Assembly (NCBI RefSeq): GCF_009914755.1
Contig: NC_060927.1
Length of the DNA: 64,000 bases
Source of the DNA: the human T2T-CHM13v2.0 reference genome, Homo sapiens
Direction: 5' to 3' (one strand)
Shown: one piece after another, positions 44,793 to 63,844 of the stretch
Layout: each line of letters opens with the position of its first letter
Numbering within the stretch: the stretch's first letter is position 1
Program-made: the position numbers and the translations under genes
The notes under the pieces: generated by a model
What the model was told of the DNA's origin: nothing
Databases searched by the model: none
The model's input: the letters and a program-made list of their open reading frames with translations, nothing else

Positions 44793-45578
44793 TAACACAA
44801 TTACTATCAAATTTCCAACAAGATTTTTTGTAGATATAAAGAAGATTATTCTAAAATACGGAAATATCAAGGAACTAGAATAGCTACAACAATTTTACAA
44901 AAGAAGAATAAAGTAGGAGGAGTTAGTCTACCTGATTTAAGGGCTCAATATGTAGCTACAATAATCAAGACTGTAGTATTGGTGAAAATATTGACACATA
45001 GATCAATGTAACAGAACCTAGAAATACATCCACACAAAGATGCCCAAATGATCTTGACAAAGATCAAAGCAATTCAGTCGAAGAGAGACAACCTTTTCAA
45101 CAAATGATACTACAGTAAATGAAAAGGCAAGCTACGCACTAGGAAAAAATATTTGCAAACCACATATCTGACACAAGACTAGTATACAGAATATATAAAG
45201 AACTCTCCAAACTCAACAGTAAAAAAAGCAAATGATCCTATTCAAACATGGGCAAAAGGAGACATTTCACCAAATAAGATATACATATGGCAAATAAACA
45301 CATAAAAAGATGTGCTTATTAACTTAAACTACACTATGCTCACTCATACCAGATACACATAAACATGTGCACACATGTGCAAACAAACATGCACACAGAT
45401 TAACTCGAGGTGTTGGAAGACCCTAAGGTTTATGTCTTCTCCTCTTTAGCCCCCACAGTGTCTCTACATTGTCCATGTTATAGTGAAAAAAATAAGGTAT
45501 CGAATAGGTCCCTTAGTTACCTCTCTATTTCATGTTAATGAGAGAAAATAAGATCATATGCAAGAAAGAAATACAAAC

Positions 45579-45774
45579 CAGCATCTCCTTCAACTTCTTT
45601 TTTCTTTACCCGTTTAATCTTCTTCTTTAGGACCTTCATGAGGAAGTTTGCAAATTTATTGTTTTCTCCAATGGCTGCTTGAAAACCAGCATAGAGTGCC
45701 TTTTCTTGCTCCTGGAGTTTGGTGATTTCATTCTTTTTCTCTTCCATCTCTTTAAGAGTTTCATTTATTTTCCA
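45579..45774 (-). CDS. CFAP44: CFAP44 exon ([14 protein letters not shown]...KKEVEGDA)
   Basis: AG and GTTTGT; 196 nt, phase 0 to 1. Confidence 0.92.
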
Positions 45775-46749
45775 CTAAATGAATAAAAACAAGGACAAAT
45801 GATAAATATTTCTGATAAACCAAGTTCAGAGAGCAATGTACTTTACAATACAAGGTTACAGTTTACAAATATATTTTTTAAAACTTCTTAAAAGAAGGTT
45901 ACATTTCTGATGTTTGCAGAGCCATCCATTTATTGGTTAAAATTTTATAATTCCTTTGTAAAAATCAGTCATGTTTAGAATTAGAAAATCAGCTTTTTAG
46001 TGCTAAGCATCCCCCCAAAATCTAAATTAAACTGAAACTTTTCCTTGAAATTCCTTAAATTGAATATGTGGATGTCAGCTAATATTTTTGCATGTGTAGT
46101 CTCAAAAACCAATGAATTTTTTGTATTGATATATAACTAAAACAAAGAGACATATAATTTCTAGTGAAGCTAATATACCTAAAAATGAATGTTACTATTT
46201 AGCATATACTATCTGTTTAATAGAATCTTTCTTATTTTAAAACAAAGCTAGTATAATTTATTTTCTGAAATTTAATATACAAATATAACAAATAAAGGAA
46301 CCTCATTTCTTATGATATTCAATCATATATTACACTGAAGCTGTCATACTTAAGAAACTCACCAGCTTCTTTTTCAGTTGTTTTCATAAGGATAACATAT
46401 AATCAAAACTCAATTTTATATCATAGCTTACTTTTTTGTTTTTTAGGGAACCCAACTCACCAGACTGGTGTAGAGTGGCACAATCAAAGGCTAACTTGTG
46501 AAAATTTTATTCTTCTACCTTACAGAATATCAGACCAAATTTACTAAAAAATCTGAATCATTTCTCTTTGACCATGAATACTAAAGATGGAGACTAGGTA
46601 GGAATAACAGGAAAAAGGAGGAGGGGGAAAGAAGACAAGAAAGAGATAAGGGCTAGAACAAGTGGGAGATTTGAGTTAAGAAGAAAAAGAAATCAAGTTT
46701 CTCCATAACTAAGGGACCAGCCAGCTAGGATTCTTCTGCCCACTCATAC

Positions 46750-46953
46750 TTGCATGTACTGTTCCTCTTTGTCTAAGGAATTAACACGTTCTTGAAGTAT
46801 GTTCTCCTGTTTTTCAAAATTCTTCAGGAGAAGTATTTCTTGAAATAAGGTGACATGGTGCAGGTCAGATAATTTCATCTGAGTATCTAGTTTCAGTTTC
46901 TGATGTCTAAGGAGACGGAGTTCTGCATCGAAAGTGACAACCAGTTCTTTGAT
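46750..46953 (-). CDS. CFAP44: CFAP44 exon ([12 protein letters not shown]...KEEQYMQ)
   Basis: AG and GTATGA; 204 nt, phase 0-0. Confidence 0.94.
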
Positions 46954-47999
46954 CTGAGATGGAAAAAATATTTGCGGATACGTTAGAAGACTAGATAAAT
47001 GCATTTTTAAACTATCTAACAGTACTAATTTGTATGAAGTCATTTTTTATTATGCCCTTATGGATGGAGAATTGTGTGTGTGTGTATAGTCACAAAAATA
47101 AATTCATTAATGGCATTAAGTTTACATAAATTAATTTATTAAGTGGTAGGAATTGTGTAACTAGAAGTCCTTCCACCTATTTCTTCACCATTAACTAAGC
47201 CATCAATCAAGAATGCCCTTCTTGCTTTACTGTGTAGCTTATGAGCTCTCTGAGTGGGTAGTGTTTCTATCTGTCTCCTCTTTATTCTCCATAGTATCTC
47301 TACAATCCCTTTTATATAGTAAGCACAAATAAATACATTTCCCAACTTCTTATGTTGAAAATTTTCAAAACCACAGAATGGTAAATATTTTTAAATAGAT
47401 AAAATAATCATGGAGCCACAAAAAACCTGTTCAATCTCTTTCTAAGATTGAAGAAATTAAGGTCAAAGTTACTTTTCCTGATAAGAGCCGAAGTATCCCA
47501 AGTCCTGGTCCAGACTTTAATCCATTATGGTCCTACTAATTTTAAGTCCTCAGTTTTGTTCTGATTTTGGTACAGCTTTCCCCCAGCTTTCCCCCCCAGT
47601 ATCACAAAGGAGATGAAGAGGTCAAGAGAGAGCCCCAAGGGCTGATTCTCCTGAGGAAACTGGAACAATAGGAAGAGACAAACCATTCTATGTTTTTAAT
47701 TAGTTTGTACATGATAGGTGTCCTCAACTGTCAAAAGCCTATAGTAAGTGAGGACCCAGACTGGGGCTGAGGAGAGAAAGAGATCTGTGGGTTTGGAGCA
47801 GTGAAACTACCAGAGAAATTTAGAGAGCTAAAAAAAAAAAAAAAAAAAAACAGAGAGAGAAGAAAAAATTAAACTTTTAAGTAACCATCTCTATAGACTA
47901 TATGTTTGGGCTCCCCTTTAAAGCTTGTTTAACAAACTTGAATTATTCCTGCATTTATTTGGAGGACCACATAGGTCTCCAAGTCTGTAAGGATTACAT

Positions 48000-48420
48000 T
48001 TGTTTTATTCTCTCCAATCCCAATAGCCTATAAGCTTTGTGAAGATAGAGAACATGTCTTTCTTAAGAATTGTTGTATCCCTAATCCTATCTATCAGTGT
48101 CCCTGCATACAGAACATCCAATAAATATTTGCTAAATTAATAAATTAGTTACAATTAAATCAATCAAAACTTTTGACTGAATATCTATTATATGTTTGAC
48201 ATTGTCCTAGACTATGTGGAGGAATCAGAAGTATATGTGGCCCTTTGCTCAAGAATTGTGTAATTTAATTTTCAAGACAATACTAATACCCATGAAACAG
48301 CAAGGAAAATTAGTGTAAAACATGAGATGCTTATTACAGGTGCAACTGGAGTTTAGAAACAAGGACAGCATAAGTAATGTGGGCGGAAAATGCTGGAGAG
48401 GGTTTGGAACTGAGCCATGC
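48000..48420. mobile_element. L2 fragments in opposite orientations
   Basis: tataagctttgtgaagatagag...caataaatatttgctaaatt, then reverse-oriented L2 tail. Confidence 0.55.
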
Positions 48421-49289
48421 TTTGAATGATAACTCAACTCTGGAAGGAAGTCATTACTGGTGGAAGGAAGTCATTACTGGTAGAAGGAAACAGCAAAGGA
48501 AAAAGCACAGATGCAAAACTCAGAATGGTGTGGGAGGAAAAGGTGGAGTGGAGAGAGGCAAGAACAGTGAGAAAACAGGGCTGGACAAAGAAGAGATAAT
48601 GGTGAAGAATAAGGCTGGGAAGCTACTGAGGGCATCACCACAGGGTGAAGCTGGAAAGACACACTGAGGAAAGGGAATCTACATGGCTGACAGCAGAGAG
48701 TTATCTATCCAAGAAAGGTTATTCTTTCATATTCAAAGAACATCCTGCCCAACAGGCCCTAGTCTGGTCCTGAATTTCCTAGAAATAAGAATAGTCGCCA
48801 TTCCAGCTCCAGAACAATCTCAAACCCAGTAATCACCATAAACACTTCTACTAATGGAACAAACCACATATTAGAGAAAAAGGATGGTGTGAAAAGCAGA
48901 GGGTGCCCTGTTTCTCTGGAAAATTCTTAGCTATGTTCCATCCATTATCTATGTTCCATCCATCATCTAAAAGCTGCTCCTCCACTTCCCCTTTACGATG
49001 ACTTCAGTTAGATGCCAAGTAACTGAAACATGGGCTTCCCCTTCATTCTTTGTCAGCTTTCCAAAACAAAAAAAAAAGTTTAAAAGCTCTGTAGTTCTGG
49101 GAAGAGCACAGTGATTTCCAGAAGGCCAAGGATGGGGAGGAAGCCAAGCCATCACTGAGTGGTAAGCTGGTCAGGGTTTGGGAAAGGTTCATGCAGAGAA
49201 ATTTTAAATAAATAAACAAAAAACCCGACCCAATTTTTTCCCTTCTCTTCTCTCTTTCAGCTTTAACTAGGAACAGGTTCACCCCTTAC

Positions 49290-49790
49290 CCTGTTGACCA
49301 AATACTGTTGCATGTACACGTGTTTAATCTCGTCTCTCTTCATAATTTCCAGCTCCACATCCGTTGGCTCTGCTTTTTCAAATTCCAAACACTTTGGTAT
49401 ATCTAGGCTGAATGTTGATGCCTTTGATGATCTAGATATTGAATCACGGGTTGTCAAATCCCCATCCTTTCTAGAAGAGAGTTTGAGGAATCCTCCAACT
49501 GGGCCTCCAGACCCTGTCTGTTCCACTCCGGGGGACTTTTCATCATTACTTTTCATTTGCTGTTGCTTAAAATTTAGGAGAGTTTCTTCATCATACTGAA
49601 ATCTCTTTTCTGGAACTTCTTCTGGGTGTATCTGAGGAATTTTGGGAATGGGTATGTGCTTGGATATGTGAAGAGTCGACTGAATGTTCTTCAGTTCTTG
49701 TACCAGGCACTGTATTTCCTCAACAACAGCCACTTTAAGGTCTCTAAGAGAGAGAATGCACTTGTTCATGTGCCTTTTATTTCCATGGAC
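49290..49790 (-). CDS. CFAP44: CFAP44 large exon ([11 protein letters not shown]...QQYLVNR)
   Basis: tttttttcag acceptor, GTAAGG donor; 501 nt open frame. Confidence 0.95.
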
Positions 49791-51014
49791 CTGAAAAAAA
49801 GAAGAGGAAGGAAACAACAGTACAACCCTCTGACAAATAACTGTATGGAATATGATCTGCTCTTTTCTGTTGCTGAAAGGCCTAGAAAAAATTCAAGATA
49901 AAAATTCATCTGATCATACCTTTTTACCACCAAGTTTCCCTTTTCTTTAATATTGAGGATTTTTTCCATTTAGGCCCTCCAAGATGGAAGGACAGACTAC
50001 ATATGACCTCTGGTATCTCTTGGCTTCCCACGATTTGTTCCCTCCAGCTGGCTCGTGTGGCTGAGTTCCCCTGTCCTCCTTTATCACTCCATGGAAGTCC
50101 TTCCAGGAGCCTTGTTCAAGCTGGATACTCTCTCCAGGGAGGAAGGGGAAGGCAATTAATTCATTTTCCTCCTGGAACTTTGAATCCCTTTGACTTAGAC
50201 TCACTTAGGGCTGCCCACCTAGGCCCAAACTACAGGTTAGCCTATTTTCATTCTGTATTTTGGCCACATGATTATTGTTAGTCCTTGTGTAGGCAAGGCC
50301 ATGATTCTGAATTTCAGTAGCATGTCACACCAAGAGACTGCAGGATCCTTCCTTCATTCCTTCTCCATTTATCAAAGCCAAGCTGTGCCTCTGCTTCCAG
50401 GCACAGGGGCTATACAATCTCATTGCTCTTTCATTACCAGCTGTCTCCCTGGTCTGTGTTTTCTAAATGCCATTCTGAGAGCCTGAGAGCACATGCAACC
50501 CTACTGTACTTCCTGTGTGCAGTTAGGCTACTAGATTGTCCAAAGGCCATTAAGAGTTACTTTGCATAAACATACAGTTTTTTAAAGATCAAAAGTCACT
50601 CCCTCAAGCAGTCTTACAAAAGCTACATATATATTTACTATCTGCAACACAGAAAACTGTATCAAGATAGAGGAAATGTTCTGCAACTTGAAAATAAACC
50701 TTTAAATCACTAAGGTTTAAACTCAAAAGCCAGCAGTTGGGTGAATGGACAACCACCTGTGAAGTGTCTGAAGGACTGCAGATTAGGCCACCAAGAACAA
50801 ACCCATATCACTGATGGCTGTAAGGCCTACCTTTTTAAGGAGACTCTTCACACATCAACTCTTTCTTTCTAGTTTTTCAAATACCACACAAACCTAAATA
50901 CTGGCTGAGAAAAAAGACAAATAATACACTATTTTAAAAATATTTAATACTTTTCAATGATTTTCAATTTGACCATGACAATAAAGACCATTTATGGATT
51001 TTGACCATTAAATT

Positions 51015-51170
51015 AACCCTATGAGGTATACCAGACATGTCTTATTGTTAATTGGTATTAATACTCTTTTTACAGATGAAATAAAAGGCTTAGGGAGATT
51101 TATATGACTTAGCAAAGTTCACATGGCTATTAAGTGGCAGAGATGGAAACAGAACTCCAGTCTTCTGACT
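51015..51170 (-). mobile_element. MIR
   Basis: ttttacagatgaaataaaaggcttagggagatt...agttcacatggcta. Confidence 0.75.
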
Positions 51171-52309
51171 TGTAGAAAAAGGTGTTCTATGTGATTTTAT
51201 TTTAATAAAGCAAATTTCAGTGTAATGCAATTAAGTTGAAGATATCATACCTGCCCATCTCCTCTAGCTAGAGTATGAAATTTCAGATTGGATAAATTGT
51301 GGTCATAAGAACATTTCTCTACAATGATGTATGTAACATGATGAATAAATAAAAATTACCTTAGAAGAACAACTAGGAAAACAATCCAAATGGTCATTAC
51401 TAAAATGTCCAAATTGTCCATTTTGATGAGAAACACACAGTTATGAGTTATGAAAATGGATTTGTGAATATGAATTGCCAAGCCAGGACCCTTGTGCTGC
51501 TGGGATGCATCTCTTTGGTGAAACAGAAAAAGACACCCCTTCCTCAGGACATTTCATTTTCATTTGTCAGAAAATTACAAAATATTCAAAAATACTATTA
51601 ATATAACCATGATGTGATTGGCACCCTCTCCAAAGTGATGCCTTGAAATGTGCAACCTCCACAACCACATTAGGTTACGATGTATCGAGTTCTCCTAAAA
51701 GTAGTAGCTCAGATGACCTTTAAGCCTTTAAGTATAAAAAGTCACTTGTCATTTCAAATGGTGATTAAGGAATTAATATAGCAGGAAGAGGAACTTTCAT
51801 AAGAAAATGGGCATCAGAATGATCAGGATGATTGAAAGTGGTTTGGAAGAATGCAGAGAAAAGAACAAAGAAATATATTAGTTTGTGAGCATTGAGTTGC
51901 CTAGAAAAGTTTGGAAGTCCTACAAAAAAAGGTTAAACAATGGCCTTTTAAATCTAAGTCTTTGGTGGTCCACGGCAACGAAAAACTACATCCAATGAGG
52001 ATTTGTTTGAATTTCAGAGGTTCAAAGTCCACAAAATATAAGCTTACCCATGAAACTGGTACTAAAACATGGTATTTTAAGGAAAGCTCAAAGACAGAAG
52101 GAGTCTTCTGAGAAATGCTAACTCAACAAAGATGTATTAATACTTCTAATAAGGCCACAGCAAAAAAAGAGATAGAGACATTCATCAGAGAGTCAAACTC
52201 CGACCTAGATTACCAGATATCCTTGATGACCCTGCCATACCTGTCAGGCAATACCCATCTATAACCCCCAGATACACTGTAAGTATTTGCAGCTGGTTCT
52301 TCCATATTA

Positions 52310-52425
52310 GCTGACTAACCATGGACAAATCTCGTGTCCTCTCTGGGCCTCAGTTTCCTTATTTGTAAAAAGAGGACATTCTAGATAATCATGGAAGTCT
52401 TTTCCAGTTCTAAATTTCTATGGTT
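52310..52425 (+). mobile_element. MIR fragment
   Basis: ctctctgggcctcagtttccttatttgtaaaa. Confidence 0.75.
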
Positions 52426-52527
52426 ATATATTCTTATTGACCAGATAGGGAAATGAGTGGTTTTAGCAGAATTTAATTAAGAACCCAGGGTGCCTTCTCC
52501 ATTGTCATAAAATCTGTAGATAAGTAC

Positions 52528-52705
52528 CAAAGAATCTAGGTGTCCTAGTTCCTCTTCCTTCTTGGCAGCATTTATTCTCATGTGCTCAGGTATCTTGTAG
52601 TCTGGGGCTGTCTTCAGATTGAAATCTCCCATATACACCTGGGCTTCTTTGATGGCTTGAAGATCTTTGGGATCTTCATAGTCATCACCAGGTTTACTCT
52701 TGTAT
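52528..52705 (-). CDS. CFAP44: CFAP44 exon ([14 protein letters not shown]...GHLDSL)
   Basis: AG and GTACTT; 178 nt, phase 2 to 0. Confidence 0.93.
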
Positions 52706-53077
52706 CTATTAGAAAAACAGACAACCCCCCCACACACAAATATGACAATAAACTCTAATTTGTCTACTTTAATATAGGCATATATTCAAATTTAATCATG
52801 AAACAAAAGTATGATTTCAAATCTGTGATGCCACTTTTGTCACAGAGCCCAAGCATTTTTTAAAAGTCAATTACTATTTTTAAAGTATCCCAAGCAAAAT
52901 AATATACAATTATATAAACAGGAACCAATCACTAGATTGTACTGAAATAATCTGAATTACTGGTAGGCTTTGGTTCACTTCTAAGTAATTCATATTAACA
53001 TTGTTATTTATTCTCTTGATATAAATTAAGCCTTGGAAATTAGGTGGGTTTTTTAATGACTAAAAAGTCAATTAAAC

Positions 53078-53368
<291 letters not shown>

Positions 53369-53449
53369 GAAAATTAAACTTTGTAATTGCATAAGTGCTT
53401 GCTGTAAAATTTTCAGAAAAGGTATCTAGTTTAAGATGATAGCATGAGC

Positions 53450-57655
<4,206 letters not shown>

Positions 57656-57690
57656 CGTGAAACTACCTCATACCAGATTTTTTTTTTTAA

Positions 57691-59651
57691 TCCCCAAATC
57701 TCTCTGCTGCTTGCAGGGCAGACTGCTTCTCAGTGTCTGTCAGGGTCTGATTGAAAAGTAACATAACATCTCTCCAGGAACGTTCAAACATTTGGGTGAA
57801 ATTCTGGAAAGTCTCACAGGGTCATCTGAAAAGTTGCCAAGATTTCTCTTCATTTGCTGTAAGTCCTGTAGGGAGAAGGGGACCTTGGCCTTACTGGGCC
57901 CAAATTCACTGGGCATCTGTTGGAGGGGCAAGAGTGAGACTGGGGCTTGTTTAGGGTGAGGATTTCTAAGAGGGGGCAAGTGAGGGGCTGAAGCTGGATA
58001 AGGAGGTCAAGGTGGATCCGGAGGAGCAAGGCTGGAGAGAGCTGACTCCTCTGCTGGGGGTGCCTCTGAGACTCATATCTTTAATTCCCTGGGTTTACCC
58101 CTTGCAACCTGAGATGGCCAACAGGAGGGCTGAATCAATCAATCCTACACTGTTGGCAAAAGTCTGGATTGCCTTGCAAGCTATACAAAGCCTGCACATA
58201 TGGGGCTTCAGACCATCTGTCCTCACATCCACAGAAAAATTCCAACTGCTGAATGGTATCAAAAATGAATGGTTCCTTCCTGAGGCCAAGCCATCCTTCC
58301 TGTAAATCATAATTTGGCCAAACCCTTGTGCAGAGGGCTATGAGAGGTTTTTCCTCCAGATTCTCAGGGTCAAACAGTCCCAGTGGTTCAGGATACACTC
58401 CAGCTGGGGGTGGTGAAGAGAACTGGTTGCCCATTCTGAAAGACAGGGAATAGAGGCAGCCCTCATTCCTTTCCTTCTTTCAGTGAAAACTCAGAGTGTG
58501 ATGGAGACAGAAAGCTAGCATCCTCCTTTCACTTTCCACCCCTTATCCCTGAGCTGGCCATAGGTACCACTGCGGTATGTACCAATGAAGTAGGGGAAAC
58601 CTGGAGAATAGGAATTAACCACCCTCACCTATGCCTCCATTTCTCCCTGCTGTCGGAAAACTGAGTACCTTGGGCCTGTTTATGCCATGAAGCATGGTCT
58701 CCTTCCATGGGGTGAGAGGTTTACTCCGCAGGAATTGGTCCTGCTTTACATTGTGCCTGTTGCCTGGCTTTGGATCCCTCAGACCGGGATTTTCTTTCTA
58801 GGGCCTCAACCTGAAGCTTGGAATCGAGGTTGGGACTGAAAAAGTATTTTAGAGGCTGTTTGTATCTATTTAGAGTGTCTCAAATGTGCCCTGCCAAATT
58901 TGCAGTTCTCAGCCAGCAGGGGCCATTCCTGTTAACTTTCATATCAGAAACAGAGCTAGGGGGAGCCCTCTCACTTAGAAAAGGAAAAAAAGAAAAACAG
59001 TTTAGGGGGCAAAAAGAGGAGAGAGTCTGGGGGAAGAACCCCTTGCTTAGTGCAACTGAGCCTTTCTAATCCTTGTATCTGTCCCCCAGTTCAGACTAGA
59101 TTGAATTCCTTGGCCAGGGGAGGAGAGGGTCAATTGGCGTGGTGGGCGAGAAGCACATGTCCATTGGCCCTGTGGGGTTGCGGCTACCATCATGGCTTTC
59201 TCCCGCCCTGCTCGTGACTGTTGGGCTCGACCCTTGCCTGCTGCGGGCATGCCCAGGTGCCCAAGCTGGGAGGAAAAAGGGTAAGGAGAGGTGCCCTGAG
59301 CCATGCATGCCTGCAGCTGTCAAAGTGGAGGCATACATGGCATCTCTAGGAACAGTTGGTCTGATTTTCACCTTCGGAGGCTGAGCCTAATGCTCATTTA
59401 GCTTAGTAACATTTCCACAGCCTGTAACAAAACTCAGAACATTATAAAAAAAGAGATAAGAACCATTTCAAAGACAGAAAAGAGACAAAGTCTGGGGGTT
59501 TCGACCTCCCAGTTAGGGTGGAGTTTTTAAAACTCAGTGAAGAGAAACAGAGCCTCTTACCCACAGGAAAGAGAAAGGTGGCAGGGTTTCGAAAGAGAGG
59601 CAGACCCAAAAGTTTGGCATTCACTCACACTCACCTTCCGCAATCCCCAGT
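57691..59651 (-). mobile_element. ERV1 internal fragment (HUERS-P2-like leader and decayed 5' gag)
   Basis: Gag-like peptides TIQQLEFFC..EDRWSEAPYVQ and VPFSLQDLQQMKRNLGNFSDDP resembling HERV-W/ERV9 gag; frameshifted. Confidence 0.8.
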
Positions 59652-60468
59652 TTAAATGGGAAAGGTTCCCTTGTCCCCCTCGCAGGGTGTGCGATGGGGG
59701 TGTGGCTCGCTTCTTCAGTACCCCATTGCTCAAACCTCTAGGGGAGCATACAGGCGGGCAGGCTGTGGGGCTCCGACCCCATGGCAGTGTCTAGGGGTGA
59801 ATGTTTGCAGCTGAAGCCCCAGTGGGCGTGTCTTACAGGATGCTCTCTTAGCTTGCTGTCTATAGGCAGCCTGTGTTAACCAGCTCAATTAGACCCCCTT
59901 CCTTATCACAAGGACAGAGGGATTTCTGTATCCCGGGGTTTCTTGCCTTGGTGTACTGGAAGAATCGGATCACATGTGGGCTTGGAGAATGAGTACAAAT
60001 TTTTATAGAGTGGAAGTAGCTCTCCACCAATGGGAGAACCAGAAGGGAGATGGTTTTTCCCTGGAGTTGGGCCACTCGGCAGCCCCAGCCCGACTGTCCC
60101 GCCAAACTCTGCCTCGTCCCACTGGTCAATGGCCTGCCGGCGTGCTGGCATCTGTTGATGCCTGTCAGCGTGCTCTTGATGACCAGTTACTTGTGTCTTC
60201 TTCTGCCAATGTGTCCCTCATGATGTCCAGCCACTTCTGTGTCTGCCTGCTATGGTCTCAGGTTTTAATAGGCCCAGGATAGGGGCATGGCAAGCCAGGG
60301 TGGTCTTGGGAAATGCAACACTTGGGCAGGAAATGCCTGTCCTCACCTAGGTCCGTGGGGATGGAGCCCCAGCCCGGGACCACGCCTTTCGCTACCCAGC
60401 ACTTCCCTTCCTCCCTTCCATATCATTTAAAGGGACCACTCCTTTCCCTTCCCAGCACTCCCATATCA
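59652..60468 (-). mobile_element. LTR1-family 5' LTR
   Basis: Minus strand begins TGATATGGGAGTGCTGGGAAGGG; ~815 bp; recognised LTR1 sequence. Confidence 0.82.
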
Positions 60469-60873
60469 ATACTGGATTTTTTTTTTTTAAAAGAAAGCAA
60501 TTAACTTCAGATGGTTAAAGATAAAGGTACGAGCCAAAACTATAAGATGTTAGAAGAACATACAGGAGAATATGTTTATAATTTTGAGATAGAAAAGCAT
60601 TTCTTAATTCTTAAAAATCATTCTGACTATACAGTATTATTAGCAAAATGGAATTCCTGGACCGGAAACTCTAAGAATTACAGAAGTTCTACCAAAGTAT
60701 CACCACCCTAAAAGATCCAGCTGACCTGTTTATAATATCTCCTTCTTTGTTTTTATTGTTTTCACTTTTGATTTTAAATGATAACAATGTCAATAAATAT
60801 AAAGATTTTTAAGATATATTATTTTGGGGCTCACATATTAAAAAGATAAGAGTTTAGGTAAAAAAAAACTCAC

Positions 60874-61048
60874 AGTTCCTCCCATTCTTTTTTTCGCTGT
60901 TGAATCTTTAGTTGTGCCCTTTCAGCTTTTAATATAAGTTTTCTCGTTTTCTCAATTTGATTTTCCACGATGATTTCACTTAGGGTTTTAGGCCGAAATT
61001 TCTTCCCTTTTTCTATTATTGATTCTTCTTGTATGGTAACACTCCCAC
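60874..61048 (-). CDS. CFAP44: CFAP44 exon ([14 protein letters not shown]...RKKEWEEL)
   Basis: AG and GTGAGT; 175 nt, phase 1 to 2. Confidence 0.93.
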
Positions 61049-61183
61049 CTACATAGAGAATCAACATTTTTCAGCCTTTTTGAGACATAAAAACAAAACT
61101 CTCAGATATTGTTTTTAACCTGCTGCATTAGAAAAAACACAGAGAATATATTGAATTTGTAAATCAAAGTATTTATTGAGCAC

Positions 61184-61519
<336 letters not shown>

Positions 61520-61839
61520 TCAACCCCATAATAAGTACTGTGGAATGTCAAAATAAAAAGATCTAAGCCACATTTTTTGCTTTTAAAACCCTTATTAAAA
61601 AGTTGGCAAGATAAGATATATATTAAACAATTAGAGAACATGATAAATGATGGTGGACCACTAACATGTTGGGAAAGAGTGTTTGTGAGATGATGGTGGG
61701 GAAAAGGAGAAAAATCGAGTAAGTCCAATTCGATACATACAATTTGAGGTTGCACATACCAACTGAAGTGCTCTGAAGCCAACTAAAAAACTCATCAGAA
61801 ACACAATCAAATAAATAATTTAAAAATTATTGGCTTTAT

Positions 61840-62549
<710 letters not shown>

Positions 62550-63647
62550 TGAAAAATTAAATAATATGAGATATTTATATAGTTATAAATAACCATTTCA
62601 TCATATTTCATATTTCAAATTTCAAATATATAGCGGTATAGAGAAAGAAGAGTTTATGTGGCCTGTGTGGTCATGGGAAGGCCTTATAAACAAAAGTGTA
62701 ATTTAAGCTACATCCCCAAGAATTGGTAGAATTCAGACAGGAGAGAAGTGAAGAGGTCACTCTGGCAGGAGCCTGGGTGAGGAAGTGTTAGACATAATCA
62801 GGGAGCAGCAGGCAGGACAAAAGACTAAACAGGCAAGCTGAACAGTATGAGAAAGCACTACTGGAAACGTAGAACAGGGATAGATTGTGGAAGGATTAAG
62901 TATCAGGACAGCGGTTTCAGAATTTATCCTAGAAGCAAAAAGGAGACATTAAAGAGTTCCCAATGAAGAAGATAAACCAATATTAATGTTCGTATTATAT
63001 CACTGTCAATAGCCTAGATCTAGCCAGGCTGCAGCAGCACCTTTTATTTATTATTGAATGGCTCTCCAAGCCATTTCCAGAATTCTTGTTCTTTTACTAA
63101 TCTGCAGTCACCTTGTGGGCAGCCAGAAGAAACAGGTTGCAGGGATTAGAGGTACTATTTTCATACCTCTTTTCTCTGATCATTCTATTTAAAGCATATG
63201 TTCTTGGAAAATAGTCTGAAATGCAGTGTTTTAGCCCTACACTTTGGAATAGGGCCCAGGAATCTAAAACGAACCACTGCCTAGAACCTAGCATCTGGGG
63301 AAATCCTAGATTTAAGAATAGCTAGATGTGGCAAGTAAGAAAACAGCAGCATCCAGTCCTCTCACCCACTCTCAGTCACATGACCAGGGTAGGTTTTCTT
63401 ACAAACTACATTAAAGAGGAAAGTGGACATGGAGCATTTCTTGGGAAAATGTGGCCTCTCATTCTCAGCTATACCATACACTTTTGTCTCTCTTGATTAT
63501 TTACTCCAAAGAAAACCATCATGGAAGGAAGAGGGGCAAGAGATTGAGCTCAAGCCACCAAAGAAGGTTCAATGGTTCTGTCCACAGACAATTCACTTTT
63601 GAAGTCTTAGTAAATAAGAATTTAAAAGCCTTCTTGTCATAGGCTAC

Positions 63648-63844
63648 CTGCATCTCTCTGGCTGTCCTTTCTTCCAGGTCCCTCTTTTTCAAACCTGTCC
63701 AATTTGCTTGGTTTTCTCTCTGATTGACTAGCTCGTTTGAATTTGGAGTACTTAGAGGGCTGCACCAGCCTGTAAGAGGATATCTTGTGGTCACTCAGTA
63801 TGGCATGAACCACAATAGTATCACTTTCCAGTGGATCTCGAAAT
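63648..63844 (-). CDS. CFAP44: CFAP44 exon ([16 protein letters not shown]...DSQRDA); gene continues beyond the window
   Basis: tttttttcag acceptor, GTAGC donor; 197 nt, phase 2 to 1. Confidence 0.92.

Noticed and set aside
57740-58434. Gag ORFs as a domesticated retroviral gene
   Set aside because: Short, frameshifted and truncated in capsid
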